Source: Fimbriosthenelais zetlandica
Lineage: Eukaryota
NCBI GenBank assembly: GCA_977030845.1
Contig: OZ365112.1
Location: 21,638,001-21,702,000 of the forward strand
Direction: 5' to 3'
DNA: 64,000 bases
The notes beneath the pieces are model-generated. The model was not told where the DNA came from. It searched no databases and was given only the letters and a program-made list of their open reading frames with translations. Within the stretch, counting starts at the first letter, position 1. Each line of letters begins with the position of its first letter. The position numbers and the translations under genes were made by a program. Below, piece by piece: positions 1 to 14,000 of this stretch.

Positions 1-3000
1 CATCACACCCATAAGTACATGCCTTCAAAACTGATGCCAACAAATCGTGTAAAAATAACTACAATGACAACTCCTCCTGCCATTGCTTTCAGTGCTGCTT
101 TATTTTCTTCAGAAACTGCCCATTAATCCATCAAAAGCTGTGTAAAGACATCTTCATGTGTGACTGAACTCTAATGGAATATGATCATAAGGCGTGTGAT
201 ATTATACAAAAAGAGACCTCGCTAACGTCTCCTGTTCAATGCAGTTCGTCGGTGGGGAAGGTTTCCATCTGAAAGCGACCACCTTGATATGTCTTCTGAC
301 TAAAGAGTCCTGTTGCTTTGATCTGTACTGGAGCAGCCTTTTAATTACGATTTTGCTATCTACTTTAATTATAGGCTGATGATGCAGATATATAGTTCCA
401 GCTATTTTCATCTGTAAATAATGTTGGGAAAATGAAATTTATGTTTACCTCATTAGTAACTGCTAGAAATCTGTTCACTGTTAAGGTCTAACTTATTCCC
501 ATGAAGGTCAAAATATAGGTCTGTATTATTCTGTAATTGGGAAAGTACGTGGTGAGAATGTTTCCACCGAGACTAGTAATATATTTACTGAATTAGATGA
601 AAGGAGTTGTATGTTGCATATTGGTGCAATATCATATTAGCTACTGCCTCATGTTTAATTTTGTACATACCAGGCGTCTGTATATCTCTTTATTTAAACG
701 CGTGCAGCCAAGGCGATGTAATCAAATTAGCCGACCATGAAATAGACTTTTTATACTTTGCCAACCAGTGCCTAGTGATGTAATGACGCCTGTCATTATC
801 CTCTACTATATATTTTTTCTCCCCCTCGCACATTGGTCTATATCCCCCGGCTAGATAGATAGGAACGTGCAGTCATGTATGGGTTAGGCCTATTCATGAA
901 ATATCAGGTTCTATTGTCTTTGTTTATTTTCATACAATTCCATAAATATATAACATATTGCTTGACTGCCTTATTCCCAAATAACCTGCATAGCAAGACA
1001 ATAGTTTCCCTAATTAATTGACAGCCAATTTCGGTTACAAAATTTGATTCAAAGGCATAAGATGCCTGAGATGGAAATAACAGGGCATATAGGTTCAGTT
1101 CGGGGGATGGTTATGCATCCTGAATATTGCATACAGAAGATTGTCATTCAACATCTGGACCATGCATGTCCATAATAAGGTGTCTAAATTGAGGCAATCA
1201 GGTTGCATTGCCCTCGGCAATCCTACGGGATTACTTCTACCCATACTTACCAATGCTGTTAAAGGCCGTCCGGTCACCTCCCGAAAGGAGTGGATCACCT
1301 CAATTAAGACACCCCCATTCATCAAGGACTTTGGTGCATTTTAGTAGTATCAAATTCACCAGTTGGATACTCTTCCCGATTGGAATTGATCTGTCCTTTG
1401 ATTTTCTACTACGTGACTAGCATTCTCAGCTTCATTCATTTAATTCTTGGACCCAAGTTCCATTTTATTCAGTAAATCAGCCGTGGATAACCACGTACAG
1501 TCGTCAATGGGTTAGGTAGCCCTCTGGGGACGAATACATCTACAATCTGGGTATATTTATATACATTGCCACAACACTTGGCCAGCATTGACAAACTATT
1601 GAAGCGAGCACTACTGTAAGTGCTCGGATCAGGCCGAGCGACTCACTGCATAAAATCTGCAATAACCGAGAGCTCACCAAACCCTCTGATCAGTGATTGA
1701 TATCTATATCGAGTATACACTTAAAGCTTTGTCACCGCAGAACACCCCGAAAGCATTGAACCTATTTTGGGCAGAGTGGGGCCTAAGGGGGAATCGATGC
1801 AAGTCCTTCACTCAGGGTTGGACTTGTCTGTCTATTCAAGAGGCCTTCAGTCTGGGACAATAGGTACCCGATCTGGGGAAGCCATGGTTGCCCGTGGACG
1901 CTACCACCTCTCTTGACAGGCTCCAATTTTGTCTTTGCTTTGGAAACAGCAATGGCAGCGAATATATCGGACACCCTACTGACAGCCCGTGCAAATATAA
2001 AATGGCAACCGTCACCCACAACTACTCACCTAATACCAAATTCAGATAGGCCATCGCAGCGAACCTTGTTAAGCCATTTACATTTGGCATTTGCTGTTTC
2101 CTGCGCCACGCTTTATCTTGGAACTTGTCTCATGGAGGCTGAATGTTGATCAGGAGCACAGCTTATGATTTATGGAAACATTGTAGCAGAATCGCCATAC
2201 AAATCGCCTCATTAGTGGAACTAAGAATTAACTCTTGCGTTAATTATTCATTTGGGACCATGAAATAGCAAGGTGAAATTTGTCAGCCATCTTTTTCCCC
2301 AGGTTTGTCACTGGTTTAACTCAGAAGTAATGTTTCATTTACATGAGGGGCAAGGCTACCGCGAGATTTTATTGCACAAACTCGTCTTCCCAAAGTTATT
2401 TAGAGAATAGACAATATCAGATGATTATAATGACTCCAAAGCCTGTTTCATAAAGAACTTTAGCAATATACCTAACATTTCTAATATTCCTTTTGAAGCA
2501 GGCCCCTGATGCCTTTTCCATTCTAACTATTTACAACAATATATGAGTATAGAGGATACAATGAGTATTCACCATCTGTATGTTTTAGGATTTGATTTGG
2601 ATCTTGACTGACAGCAACGGATAATATTATCTGCATCATTTTCTCTTGCCATTCCAATTCGTCTTGAGCATGATGTGTAGCATTTATGCCTTTGAATGTC
2701 CTCATATAATTCCCATTATTACGTTTTGAGTGTCCATTGACCATCCAAACAAATTTATATCTCCTCTTTTATATGTTCTGGAGGAGGTGCATGCACGGAC
2801 AGAGGCAGCTAAAGTCCGCTGTGCTTGGGATATATCAGAGACAATATTATGGTCTCTGACTGTATATAATCATGGTGAGCATTATGTGAACTATTTAATC
2901 ACAATAATTATTTGACATTCAGTTTGACATCTGTATAGAGACAAACTACAATTACGATGTATACTATGATTTATGGATTAAGATTCATTGATTAACCTGG

Positions 3001-6000
3001 GTTATATGAGATATGTCCTCATATGAGCATTATCTTGTCCCTGTCCTTGGAACATTGCCCTTGACCAGTATCTGAGATAAGGGAGATACCTGAGAAAGAA
3101 CAAGATCGATAATACGGGGGAGCTGAGGAGTATATGGGTATGGACTATTTAACTGAGAAGGGACGGCCAACTGGAGGCAGGCATCAGAAGCAATATTGAA
3201 GCTGACTGTTGAGATGCTGGAAGCTCCTGGGGCCCTCGCACCTTTACTGGTGGTTGGGTGTGGGATGGAGGAGCAGATACTCATGGGATGGTTCATATTG
3301 ATGCTCACTGAATTGGAGTAACTCATTCACGACCTCGCTACTCACTGTGTCTTGACAAAGGTTGATAAAAACCCTACCATGGCAAGACGAGGGAAAGCAG
3401 AATGTGCTAACAACAGTTACTGTTAATTATGTCCAAAATGTAGAAACAAATCTTTACTCGCCGCAGTGGCAATTGCAAATTGAATTTAGCACACTCATTG
3501 TAGGAAGTAGGAAGGTTCAGGGACTCGCTAGAATATGGAAAAAAGCCATTTTGCAATTCTCCGGGGGAGAAAGCCTTATGAAAACGTTGTGAATAAGTCC
3601 CAGACCTTACAAGTACATATATATGTATACAACTGTCATACATTGATTTCCTACTTTATATGTAAATTACTACTATCACATTGTCCTTTTCAATCATGAA
3701 TTCTTTAATTCTCCATCAGGAGATGTCAATTTTCTTGTGTGGCAATTGGCTTATTTTTTCGTGTGAATCTCAGTAAGTCGAAGATAAATGGGATAGTCAA
3801 AGCCTTTGTGCGATATCAAGAAGTATTGTTCATTCCTCATTTAAAAAGATGGGAGATAAAACACCAATAGCAAAGTTAACTCAGCCCACCCCAGTATCGA
3901 CTCTTGCCAACTGAACAGTATCCCACATAGATATTGATCGACAGAGATACCTCATCATAAACTCCAGGAAATGGGCCACATTCTATTTTTAGCCACCTAC
4001 TTGGCTGTCTCTAATGCCATGAGCAGTCTATAATTTTCTATCAATAAAGTTTGAAGTCTCAGTGCGTATACCTCTTAGCATATGCCTCGGTTGAGTACAC
4101 TTCCTTAAGGGTGGCCAACGGTAGTCAGCCCCCCTTCTTCCCTCGCTGAAATATGAGGGATGGACAGTTAATATGGTACCCTATGCAAGGCAGCCATATC
4201 GACTTCCCAATCGGCTGGAAGTCTTCAATCTTATACAAAGATGGCTGTCGATACCGTGTAAGACCTTCCCATATTTTGTAGCCTTCTGGAATTTGAGCAG
4301 GCAGTAGGGTGACAGCCCAGGGGTGTATGATGAGGGCTATATCATAAGATGCGGGGTTTCTGAGAGCCCTATTAATCAAAATAACGAGACGTCTCCAGTG
4401 AAAGCCAAGAGCAGGCCTGTATATTGTCAAGGCGTTGATTTTGAGATGTTGGAGTGCGGTTGGAATTGAGTGCTTCAGTTCTGGACGATTGCTTTACATT
4501 GATGTCATTTCACAAGCTGATATCAGCTCATGTCTCCTAATATTAGACATAGTCAATATGGCAATACCATGGTAGCCAGTCCCTACTGGATTTAGATGTT
4601 AAGCAAAGGAGCTGATATAATGGACTGTCAAGAGGAAAGATATCTATATAAAGAACCATAATGACAACTACTGGATGTAGTTAGGACAATGGACTATTAG
4701 AAGACAAGAATACCCGAGACAGTAGTTGACAGGAATCAGTGCGTTCTTTTGATAAAGCCTTGTAATTTGTGTTTAGATGTATAGTCCTATAGGTTCATGT
4801 CAGTTTTCACTAACCAAAATCTAAACGACAGCAAACATGAAAGTCTCATCGGCCTGTCTCATACCTCTGCGTGACTCTGGAGATCTTTCTTGCCTGAGAG
4901 AAAAATGGCCATCACATCTGTACATTTAGGAGGTGAACAAGCCCCTCTAGGTCAGCATCTCCCACTTCCGGCAGCCCTTGCTTACTTCCGGTTCCTGCAA
5001 AATAACTGGTGACTGCAGTGGTTGGTGTTGATGGCGTCACGCCCCCTGCTACAGTCAAAGAGCAGTAAATGAACATGACACCGCACAGATCATGTAGATG
5101 GTCCATCGTTACTGGCCCAGGAGAAAATTCCCTTCATTTTCTTACCATTGGTTTATTTTTAACATGGAGTACCATCCATTTACTGCCAATCATTAGGCAG
5201 AATTTTGAAGATGGTTGTTTACTTCTTATATAGAATGTATATTATAATATGTGTGCTATAGTCTCATTTATATTTCCAAAGGGGATCCCTATATTATATT
5301 ATTTTAAAAAGCTTGGCGTGATATCTGTTATATTATATTCAGTGTAATAGCTCCATCATGATCCCTCAACAGCAACTGTCAGGGCACGTCATATTCTATT
5401 GTTAATGGTGCGGTACAGATTAATTAAGAGTGGGCACGAAGACGGTTACAAACTATATTGCTAAATAATTTTTTTCATAGTTTCTTCCTAAGTTCTCCAA
5501 CTCCGTTCTTCACATCATATCCAGAGTACTATTCGAATGAGAAATTGACACAAAGAAAAGATCATTCGCTGCGTTACCAGAGGAACTTCATTAATGGAAA
5601 AAAGAAATGGGAGGAAATACATTTAGGTGTGTCGAACCAGATTCCGCCCTAAAACAATGCATCTGGGACAATTGATATTGCTTTCAATCCTTTCTGCTTC
5701 TGGCCAACCCAAAACCAGCTGAGAAAATTGGACCACTATGTGGAATCAAGCATTGAGCCCACAAGCTCTGCTGCCCCACTGTTTCATAGAGCTGACGGCA
5801 CAAGCATTTACCAAAGACCATTAACCTGGTGGCAGCAGCTTGGGGTGGGGTCCTGCACTGTGGCTATAGGCAGCTCCAAATAAAGTCATCTATCATAAAC
5901 GGCTTGGAGGTGGAGATAAGTCCCATAATGGAAACAAACACGCCCAGTGTTTGTACGTTGTGTTGTGGGGTTGCCTGCAGTCTTTTGTCATCGGTGACCC

Positions 6001-8031
6001 CCGGCCTGGTCCACGGCCGCTCGCATCTCCCATCGATTGGCTGACCGCTATGGCCTTCTGTGATCTCGGGGACCTGCTACTGTCTATTTCCCTGATTAAG
6101 CTGTATGGTAGCTTCTCATTCAGAGGATCAGGGGGTGGAATGCTTAAAAGCATTACTGCGTATTCATGAAACCAATGGCTTATTTAGCAAGTGGCCTTAT
6201 TTTAACCTAGCGTATCCAATTCCTGGCGAGGTGCATTGTAAGGAAATTAGTTAAGGTCTTAGTTATTGCTGGACAGAGGTCCTCCTTGAATAGGATAGCT
6301 ATTTAATTGCGGGTACAGCTGTTTTGTGTGGGCTTTTATTCATTTATATGGTGGATGAGGGTCCTAATTGAAATGGCGTGTAGTATATTCTTGGTTTAAG
6401 TTCAAAGCCCATTATTTAAGTGGCTACATTGCTAGGTTCCACAGGTTCCCAATACAATAAACACAGCTGGGTTTCCTTTCACACTCTTCAGTGTCAGCTG
6501 AAATTGGCCTGGCTTCAGCCTAACCAGCCTTACAGTAATCATAATGGTCTACTCGGGGAGATAAAAACAGGGATTTGGGTCAAGTGCCCTTGTTAAGGGC
6601 CACATATTGGGGCATTCTCGATTTGTTTGATTGGACCAAATTGAGCTTTCGCTGAGTAAATTCCCTGAGCTCTTGCAGTAGCCTTTGATGCCTTTAAAAG
6701 TATGAGACGTAGTTCTATACTTGGCTGCGCTAAAAGGCTGGAAGTTTCCACCCAGTTTGTATTACCAGAATTTATTGTATTTCTCTTAAGACATTAAATG
6801 GATTGAAACACTTGGGATCAGCTCTATGCTAAGCGCCTTTCTCTCGGAGGATTTCATAGGGCCCGCTTTTGCCCCTAGAGTGATTGAGCTGGAATGTGAG
6901 TGCATGGAGAACTCTGAGAGAAGGCAACAGCAGTCAGGCACCATCCACTGTCGAGTACTTGCTTCAGGTCCTTAAATGCCAATATACTATTGCATAAATT
7001 GACTTCTTTTAGAAATATGGTTTTGAAACTGTATTGTGAGTACCTTTATGTTTACTCAAGATCGAGATATCCTGAGTGCACACCCTTTAGAAGGTAGATT
7101 CAATATATTACAGAACACTTATTTAATCCACCTGGAATTTGTTTGTGATTGAAATGTGGATATAATAGAACTGTGCAGTTCAAGTTAACAGAGTTAAAGT
7201 ACAGAACCGATCCTCAGCGAGACCAAACTGAACATCACTATATAAAATATCAAGCCTGTCGCTTCCGATGCCCTGGGGCATTCGTCATCACTATATCGTT
7301 ACTTACCCGGGAATCTTTTCGAATTATCAGAACAATAAGCTTATAATTTGAGGTTATTTTGCTTTATTCCTATGTTATCTAACATATAGAAAGACAACCG
7401 GGGATGTATTCTCCTTGATTATCCAATTAAATAGGCATACTGTAGTGGGAAAACATCTGAGACATCCAAGATGTAATATTAGCCATATATCAAAAAAAAC
7501 TTCTTTACCTGTAGAGCTTTTACAGGCAATGGTAAATGGAATATCTGACGTGGTTTGATGCTAGTACACAACAGATAGGAAAAATATAGAACACGTTTTA
7601 CTCTTTTATTTCCTGTCGATGAAAAAATGCAAAGACAAGAACAAAAACAATGGCCCGGAAAGGGAGAGAAATGCACTTCCCCCTTAGCAAAAAAAAGGCA
7701 GGATCTGCACAGGTTCAACATTACTGATATTTATTGCGTTATTTTTCTTTTTCCATCTTCGTTTTTTTCGTTGGGCTTTGCTTCCTTTCTCGTGTTAATT
7801 GCAGTCTGTTAGTTTTAGTCTGGAAAACTATTACTAAGTAGATGTGCCTAAAGTGTTTCGTGTCTTTGTTATTTCTTAGGTCAATTGCTTATCACTTGTG
7901 TTTAATCTTTGTAAGTATTTCTATCCTTCTCCACTTTGTCTTCTAACACTGACCCCTCCTCTTTCTCGTATTTTCTCTCCGTTTCCATCCCGCTCTCTCT
8001 CACTTTCTCACCCCCCCCCCACCCCCCACCC

Positions 8032-8034
<3 letters not shown>

Positions 8035-8094
<60 letters not shown>
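8035..8094. repeat. (CT)30 microsatellite preceded by a C-rich tract
   Basis: Uninterrupted CT dinucleotide run read directly; it explains the SL/ER-repeat ORFs at 7898-8268. Confidence 0.98.
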
Positions 8095-8097
<3 letters not shown>

Positions 8098-11000
8098 GGA
8101 GTTAGGCTTCTGCCTGTGGCTATCCAGTTGAGCTCACTTAAGTCTCTGTGGCAATATACAAGCACACGATACAATGCCATCGTTCATGCCAGCACCCCTC
8201 TGCCGCGCCATATGATGTTTCTCAGCGAGCACAAGCTTTGGCTTTCAGCTTCACTGAACAAGAGATAATCGATAAGTTGTCACACCAATCCACGTGTCAG
8301 TCAATTCACGTTATTTCCAAGCCAACATGTTATGTCCTCGAAAGGGGAACATTGATCTTCTATCGCATAATAATTATTTATTCCTAATTTTAATCAATTG
8401 TGTCACCCCTCCTCAATTTATAGCGTATACATACATGTATTATGCATATGCATATGAATAGCATTTTCCTCATAAGAAAAGGTCACACTCTCCGATATAG
8501 ATATTGAGCTCTTTCTTGGAAAACACATCATTAAAATTTAATATTCATATTATAAATTTGACAAGTTGCAGACAATTTGTAGAATAAGATGCTTCATCAC
8601 CTATAGAGCCCCATGACTCCAGTACATAGTAATGCTGCTCCCTCATTTCTTCCCAGTAAATCCAATATCAAAATAGTCACTATATGGATACATGTTATCT
8701 CATGGTACGTCTCTATATTGGGACAAATAGGACAAATTGTCAATCACCAGTCTGTAACCCAAGATAGCACATGTGTAGATAAGGAAATTCAGACCAGCAA
8801 TCTATGGTCCTGAAAATGGAAGCAGATCATTGCCCCCAGACTCATGTGTTGCCAGTACTCTCTGATACTTGTTAGCTAGGCCTGAGTCCGATCTATTGAC
8901 CTGAAATGTGGTTGGTTTGAACTTGTAACTTCTATTCCCGATATGTGATCTCTTATGATTGCTTTACAATTAATTGATTAGGATATGAGAGAAATTTGGA
9001 ACAGCTCTTATCTGGTTTCCATTCTGTCGGTTTAGGCTTTTAATCAGCTTATAATCTGTTGATTTCACAGGGTCAATATATTTTACAGAACATTGGATGC
9101 ATGCACCTGTGCATTGCTGTAATAATAAGAATATACCTTGACCGCCTATAGTTGCAGGCTATGGAGAGAAGAAGTAACATGAGAAAAGGAGAGAGAGGGG
9201 CTGTACTGCTAGGGTCAGGTTCAGGGGTGAGAGACAGCGTGGGAAAAATGCCAGCAGGGGTTGAAGGTGGAGTAGTAATAAAAGCCCCTCTCCAGGTGCT
9301 GCCTTATCCCCGGTTCCTCCTCCTTACCACCCCATAGTCCCCTACTCCTTCACTATCTCATCTCCCCCTCCTCATCCACACTGACCGACTTTACTCATAC
9401 CTAAACCTTTAGCTAGCTTTCTAACTATATCTGGCAATGTAGTCCATTTACATTATCATTTTAAAACTCCTGTCTGGGCCGTCCGTCCTTCAGCTCGCTC
9501 TGTAGACGTTCTTCCTGAGTACACAAAGTTTAATGGAATTATTCTAGGATCCAACATCATCATAGCAGCACATGTGTTAAGTTGTTGCATGTTTATAATG
9601 TGCTGCTGTTTGTGGAGCACGACCATGTCTCCTTTACTTTCTTCCTCCCCCTCCATCTCCTAGCCCTTTCTTCTTTCACCTTTAGTCTGTCTGTCCTTTA
9701 TACAAATGGAAACGTTGCTGTAGAGATACTAATTTAGGATCTGTAATATTTTATTCATCCAATGTGCTTCGTTGCCCTTTCCAAAGCTGAAAAGAAAACA
9801 GGTCTTGATGATTCTGAATAAGTATTTTATGATATCAATGTCGAAGTAATGTTGCTTAATGGCTCTGGCTGTCAAGGACAATAAAGTAGCATATTGTATG
9901 TGTTCTGCGAACACAACTGATTTGGGGTTAAATTCATCTTGATTATTTACTTTATACAATTATTATTATTATTATTAGCCTTAGCAACTTTTTAACGATT
10001 CTACAAATGAGGATTATCATTACATCCAACCCAAGTAAGACGCTGCATCAGTGAAAAGCTATTACCACCCATAGCGCTACATGTACATCCCTTTAATTGA
10101 AGATATTGTACCAGGTTGAAAATCATAAAACTCGCCTCTAATCCGATTTTTATTCCAAATCTCAGCGTCGTTCTCTCAAACAAAAATACTTATAGATTTG
10201 ACCTTCCAGTTGTGGGATATCCTTGAAACGATGAGGTGATAGGTTTTACAGGCCCATCGATAAGTGAATTAATACACCTTTGCAAGACAGCAGTCCTTTT
10301 GAACAGGTTCCGCCGACGGCTCGATACCCGAGATAGAATGTACTAATGAATAGATATTTTCGTGATTACCCGGCTAAATTAAGGTTAATAATTTGATATG
10401 CCTCCATCTGATTCCCTGTAACTTAGTTATGGTAAGCCCAAAGGCGATATTGACAGGTTCTGGGAGGGTACAACACAAAGCTTATCCGGATCGCGCTCCA
10501 ATGCAATTGGCTTTAGGGGTGAAGGCCAATGCTTCTGACTAGATGTCCAATTCCCCATTTATACACTAATTTCAGTCCTTTATGTCGACAGTAACATGCT
10601 TTTCATTGCATAAAACAAGTTTCTGTTGTGAGGTAAACTTTCAGAATAAAACTTCTCGAATGTCCCCCTGAACATTGCCTGGCATTCTGTGCACATATTT
10701 CAATGTCAGCTGTAAACAGTTTGCATGGAAAATTGAGAATGCTCGACTATAGCAAAAGAATGAGCATGGCGTCAGGAAAGGAGGCTTGCTTAATTAGCGT
10801 CCTAATGACGTCCTTTCAGTCTTTATTCCCAGGCAATTAAATGATGAGGAGAATAGGTCTTTAGTCTGGCTGAGAATTAACGTCTATTCTCATCTTATCT
10901 CAGATCATTGACTGACTGCTGATGCTCTTTTCTTTTCATTTTTCTGTCATTGTTTAATCAGGTTAGTCCTGCAAATCCAGAAAAAAACTTCCTACGTGTA

Positions 11001-14000
11001 ATGTTGGTTTTTCGAGACGACAATCATATTTTTCACCCTTAAGAAGCGAAGCATGAAAGGCAATTATTATTTAGCCTTAGGCAGTGTGATATTCGGATCG
11101 GGGAAATATTTTCTTTAATTTTACAATAATGGTGTCAAATTGTTCTGTTTAGTGCAACCAAAACAATGCGGGTATAATGAAGATAACAGATTGGAATGTC
11201 AGAGTTATATTTATTAGCATATATTCAATATCACGTTCTAACCTTATAATTTAACTAAAACGCATTAAGTCATGAGCGGATGCAGGAAGGACAAGCTTCG
11301 AGCTAAGATGTCTCTGCTGCATGTGTTAGGAAGAACTTACTCATGGACACGTCCAAGATCCTACAAATCACGATCAATACGTGATCCATTCTACACTACA
11401 TCTCACGTTGTCCCTCATTTCACAACCTGGGTTTCCACAGCCACTGGTTGCCCACAGCCTACCTCAATAAGTCTACTCAACCATGCCATATTCACCATGC
11501 CTTCAGGCTGCAGCCCTTTGTCCTGCCTGACTAACTGGGTCAAGCCACGTGATCTTTTCACAAACTTTTCTCCATAGCCATATGGCTTTGCTGATTTAAC
11601 CTCGCCTCTAGGGCTGAACCCCATCTTGCCTCATCACTTTACTGCCAGATTTGCTTTTTGCAGCGCGTAACCTGTTGACAACATACCAGAATCTCTACAA
11701 TCGAAACTGACATGAGAACATACAATCTCTTTCATTATTTGGCGAAACAGTGCTGGAGAATTCGGGGCAAAACCGGTGCTACAGATATCCCCAAACTTTA
11801 ATTTCCATACCGTTACTAATAGGATCAGAAAGAAATTAAATCATACCGGCAATATAATGGTTAACACATTATGCCTTCTCTTTCCCCTTTTAGAGCTGAA
11901 AGCTTCACACGGAGAGCTGATGATAAAGTCTCTATGTAATCAAATATGAGCTTTATTGAGCGCTCCCCCGGAATCGACTGACGCCGAGCGAGAAATGTAA
12001 TTATCTCTACACATCCCAGCAATGTGTCCAATTAAAAGCAGAGTAAAATAATGTGCACAGAAGTCTGAATAATGTTAGAATTATAAGAACACGCGTTGTG
12101 GACATAACAGCAGAAAAAATACTTTGTGTGTATAAATACATCGTCTATATAGTGTCCTGACACTGATAAAACAAACTCATCGGACCTTTTTCAGACAAGC
12201 TGAATTAGCGGTTGAAGCTAACGAGACGAAATGTCCAACAACGCATGTAGTTGTCAAACCGTTAACACGAGAAAGCTGCATGTATAAAGAGAATCTGAGA
12301 ACGCAGTGTGTGTTTTTATGTTATGTAGTTTAGAACCCATTTAGCAATAATGGATTTGCAATATATATAATATCTCAAGCTTCCCATTAGTGAAATGAAT
12401 GGTGAAATGAAATGGCTATTAAAAACAAAAAGCCAGTACATTCACTATATTATGGTACTTATAGTCCTTCACTGCAATTATTGTTCCAATAGAGCCACTA
12501 ATGGTTTGCACCACATTTTTCAATTGGACATCTGTAGTTCGTCTATTGTAATCGCATTCTGGAAACAGATCCTTCTGAAACTTTATATCTACCATTTCAT
12601 TACTAATTAATTGAAGGGACCCTCATTGATAAGTGAATTACGTCTTTCAATAAGTTTCTGGTTATCACTCATCAGGATCATTGACAAGGAATATGTTCTT
12701 TTGTTATCTCTCTTAAATTACAAACCTGACTTCCGCGGAATAAAGAGTGCTGCACACCATTCGAACATGTTCGTTAAGGTGTGCAGGGCAAGTGGAGGTC
12801 ACAATAATTGCCTATCACTGTGAATTATGGTCATAATATTATTTTTATCACACCTATTTCCTTGACACAATCCTTCTTGCTTTCTCTCAGGAAGACAAGA
12901 TTTGATCTAGACATGATTTCCGATGACAATAATTCCCTAGAAACTAATGTTTCATCTTCTTGGCCTGGAAAATGCCCCAGACAGAAAACATGTAACAGCG
13001 CACATGTAACTGCTTGCTTCTACCTATACCTTGTCATGTGTGACCGAATATCAAAAAGTGACTTAGTCCGTTTCCAACATTAATTGCTGGAACTAACTAA
13101 GACATTCTGCAGTCAAATTTGAGCAGTGAGTTTTGTTCCTCTGGTGATTTAGTTTTGTAGAATGATAATCTACGTACAGTAAGCTGTGTAAGAGAGGGTT
13201 ATTTTGATAATTAGTAATAAATAGTAAGAAAACAGTGATATAAATCTGGGCATCATCAAAGGTCTCCTTTCTTGCCTTGTGATGTCCACAGTCCACTCTA
13301 ACCTGCAGCTGTCAACCTTGCACCTAGACATGTCCAGCGACTTGAAGCTGTCCCCCTCATGACTATCTGCGGGGTTGTAACTTTTCATGAGGTGACAATA
13401 GCTGCCACAGACCATGCTTTCTATTTAAAGGAAAGTACATGGACAATCACTTAGCTACTGACAACAGGCGGCTAGTTCAAGTCACTATACTGCTGCACTG
13501 ACCCTTTCAACCATGTCCAGACTCGACTAACAGGAGCCCAGTGAGTACATGGCAAAATATACAGCTTATTTTGTGTTCAATGTTGTCGAAATTGGATACA
13601 ATATAATCATATCATGATTCAGATAAAGAAAATATATGATTATATAGTGCAGTATTGAAAAGCGTTATATCTGCTCTCCGTTTTCAAAGCGTCAGGCATA
13701 GTGGTCCATCCCTCTTTGTTCCAACAACAAAGGTTTATAAAAGCCTAAACGAAATGATAAATCCAGAGAGAGAGAGTTAGCTTGGATCTTGAAGACTCCA
13801 GAACAAGTGAAGGATGATACAAATACTGCTCTCAGAAAGGATGCTATTACGTTTGAATCTCGGGGGATTTTACTGAGGAATGACTGGGCGGTCTTTGAGT
13901 GCATGCAAAGTCCTGGAATTCATTGTGAAGAAAGCCCTGTACTCGGACTTATCAAAGCCATTCAAATTGTTTGCCCGGAAGAATGATTCATGGAAGGACT

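Noticed and set aside
1-120. Minus-strand peptide AMAGGVVIVVIFT resembling the Caspr TM entry (AIIGGVIAVVIFT)
   Set aside because: Upstream in-frame stop, weak acceptor and no 4.1m motif following; short hydrophobic matches arise by chance.
4150-4260. PYARQPYRLP, similar to the start of Gypsy RT
   Set aside because: A single short motif with no downstream RT motifs in frame.
5720-5880. APLFHRADGT, similar to a DIRS tyrosine recombinase segment
   Set aside because: No HSxRxG catalytic motif; too weak without an HMM search.
10200-10520. Short LSU rRNA-like words (e.g. TAGGGGTGAAGGCCAAT; similar words near 14660-14965)
   Set aside because: Only 10-20 nt matches with wrong spacing and no continuous rRNA alignment.
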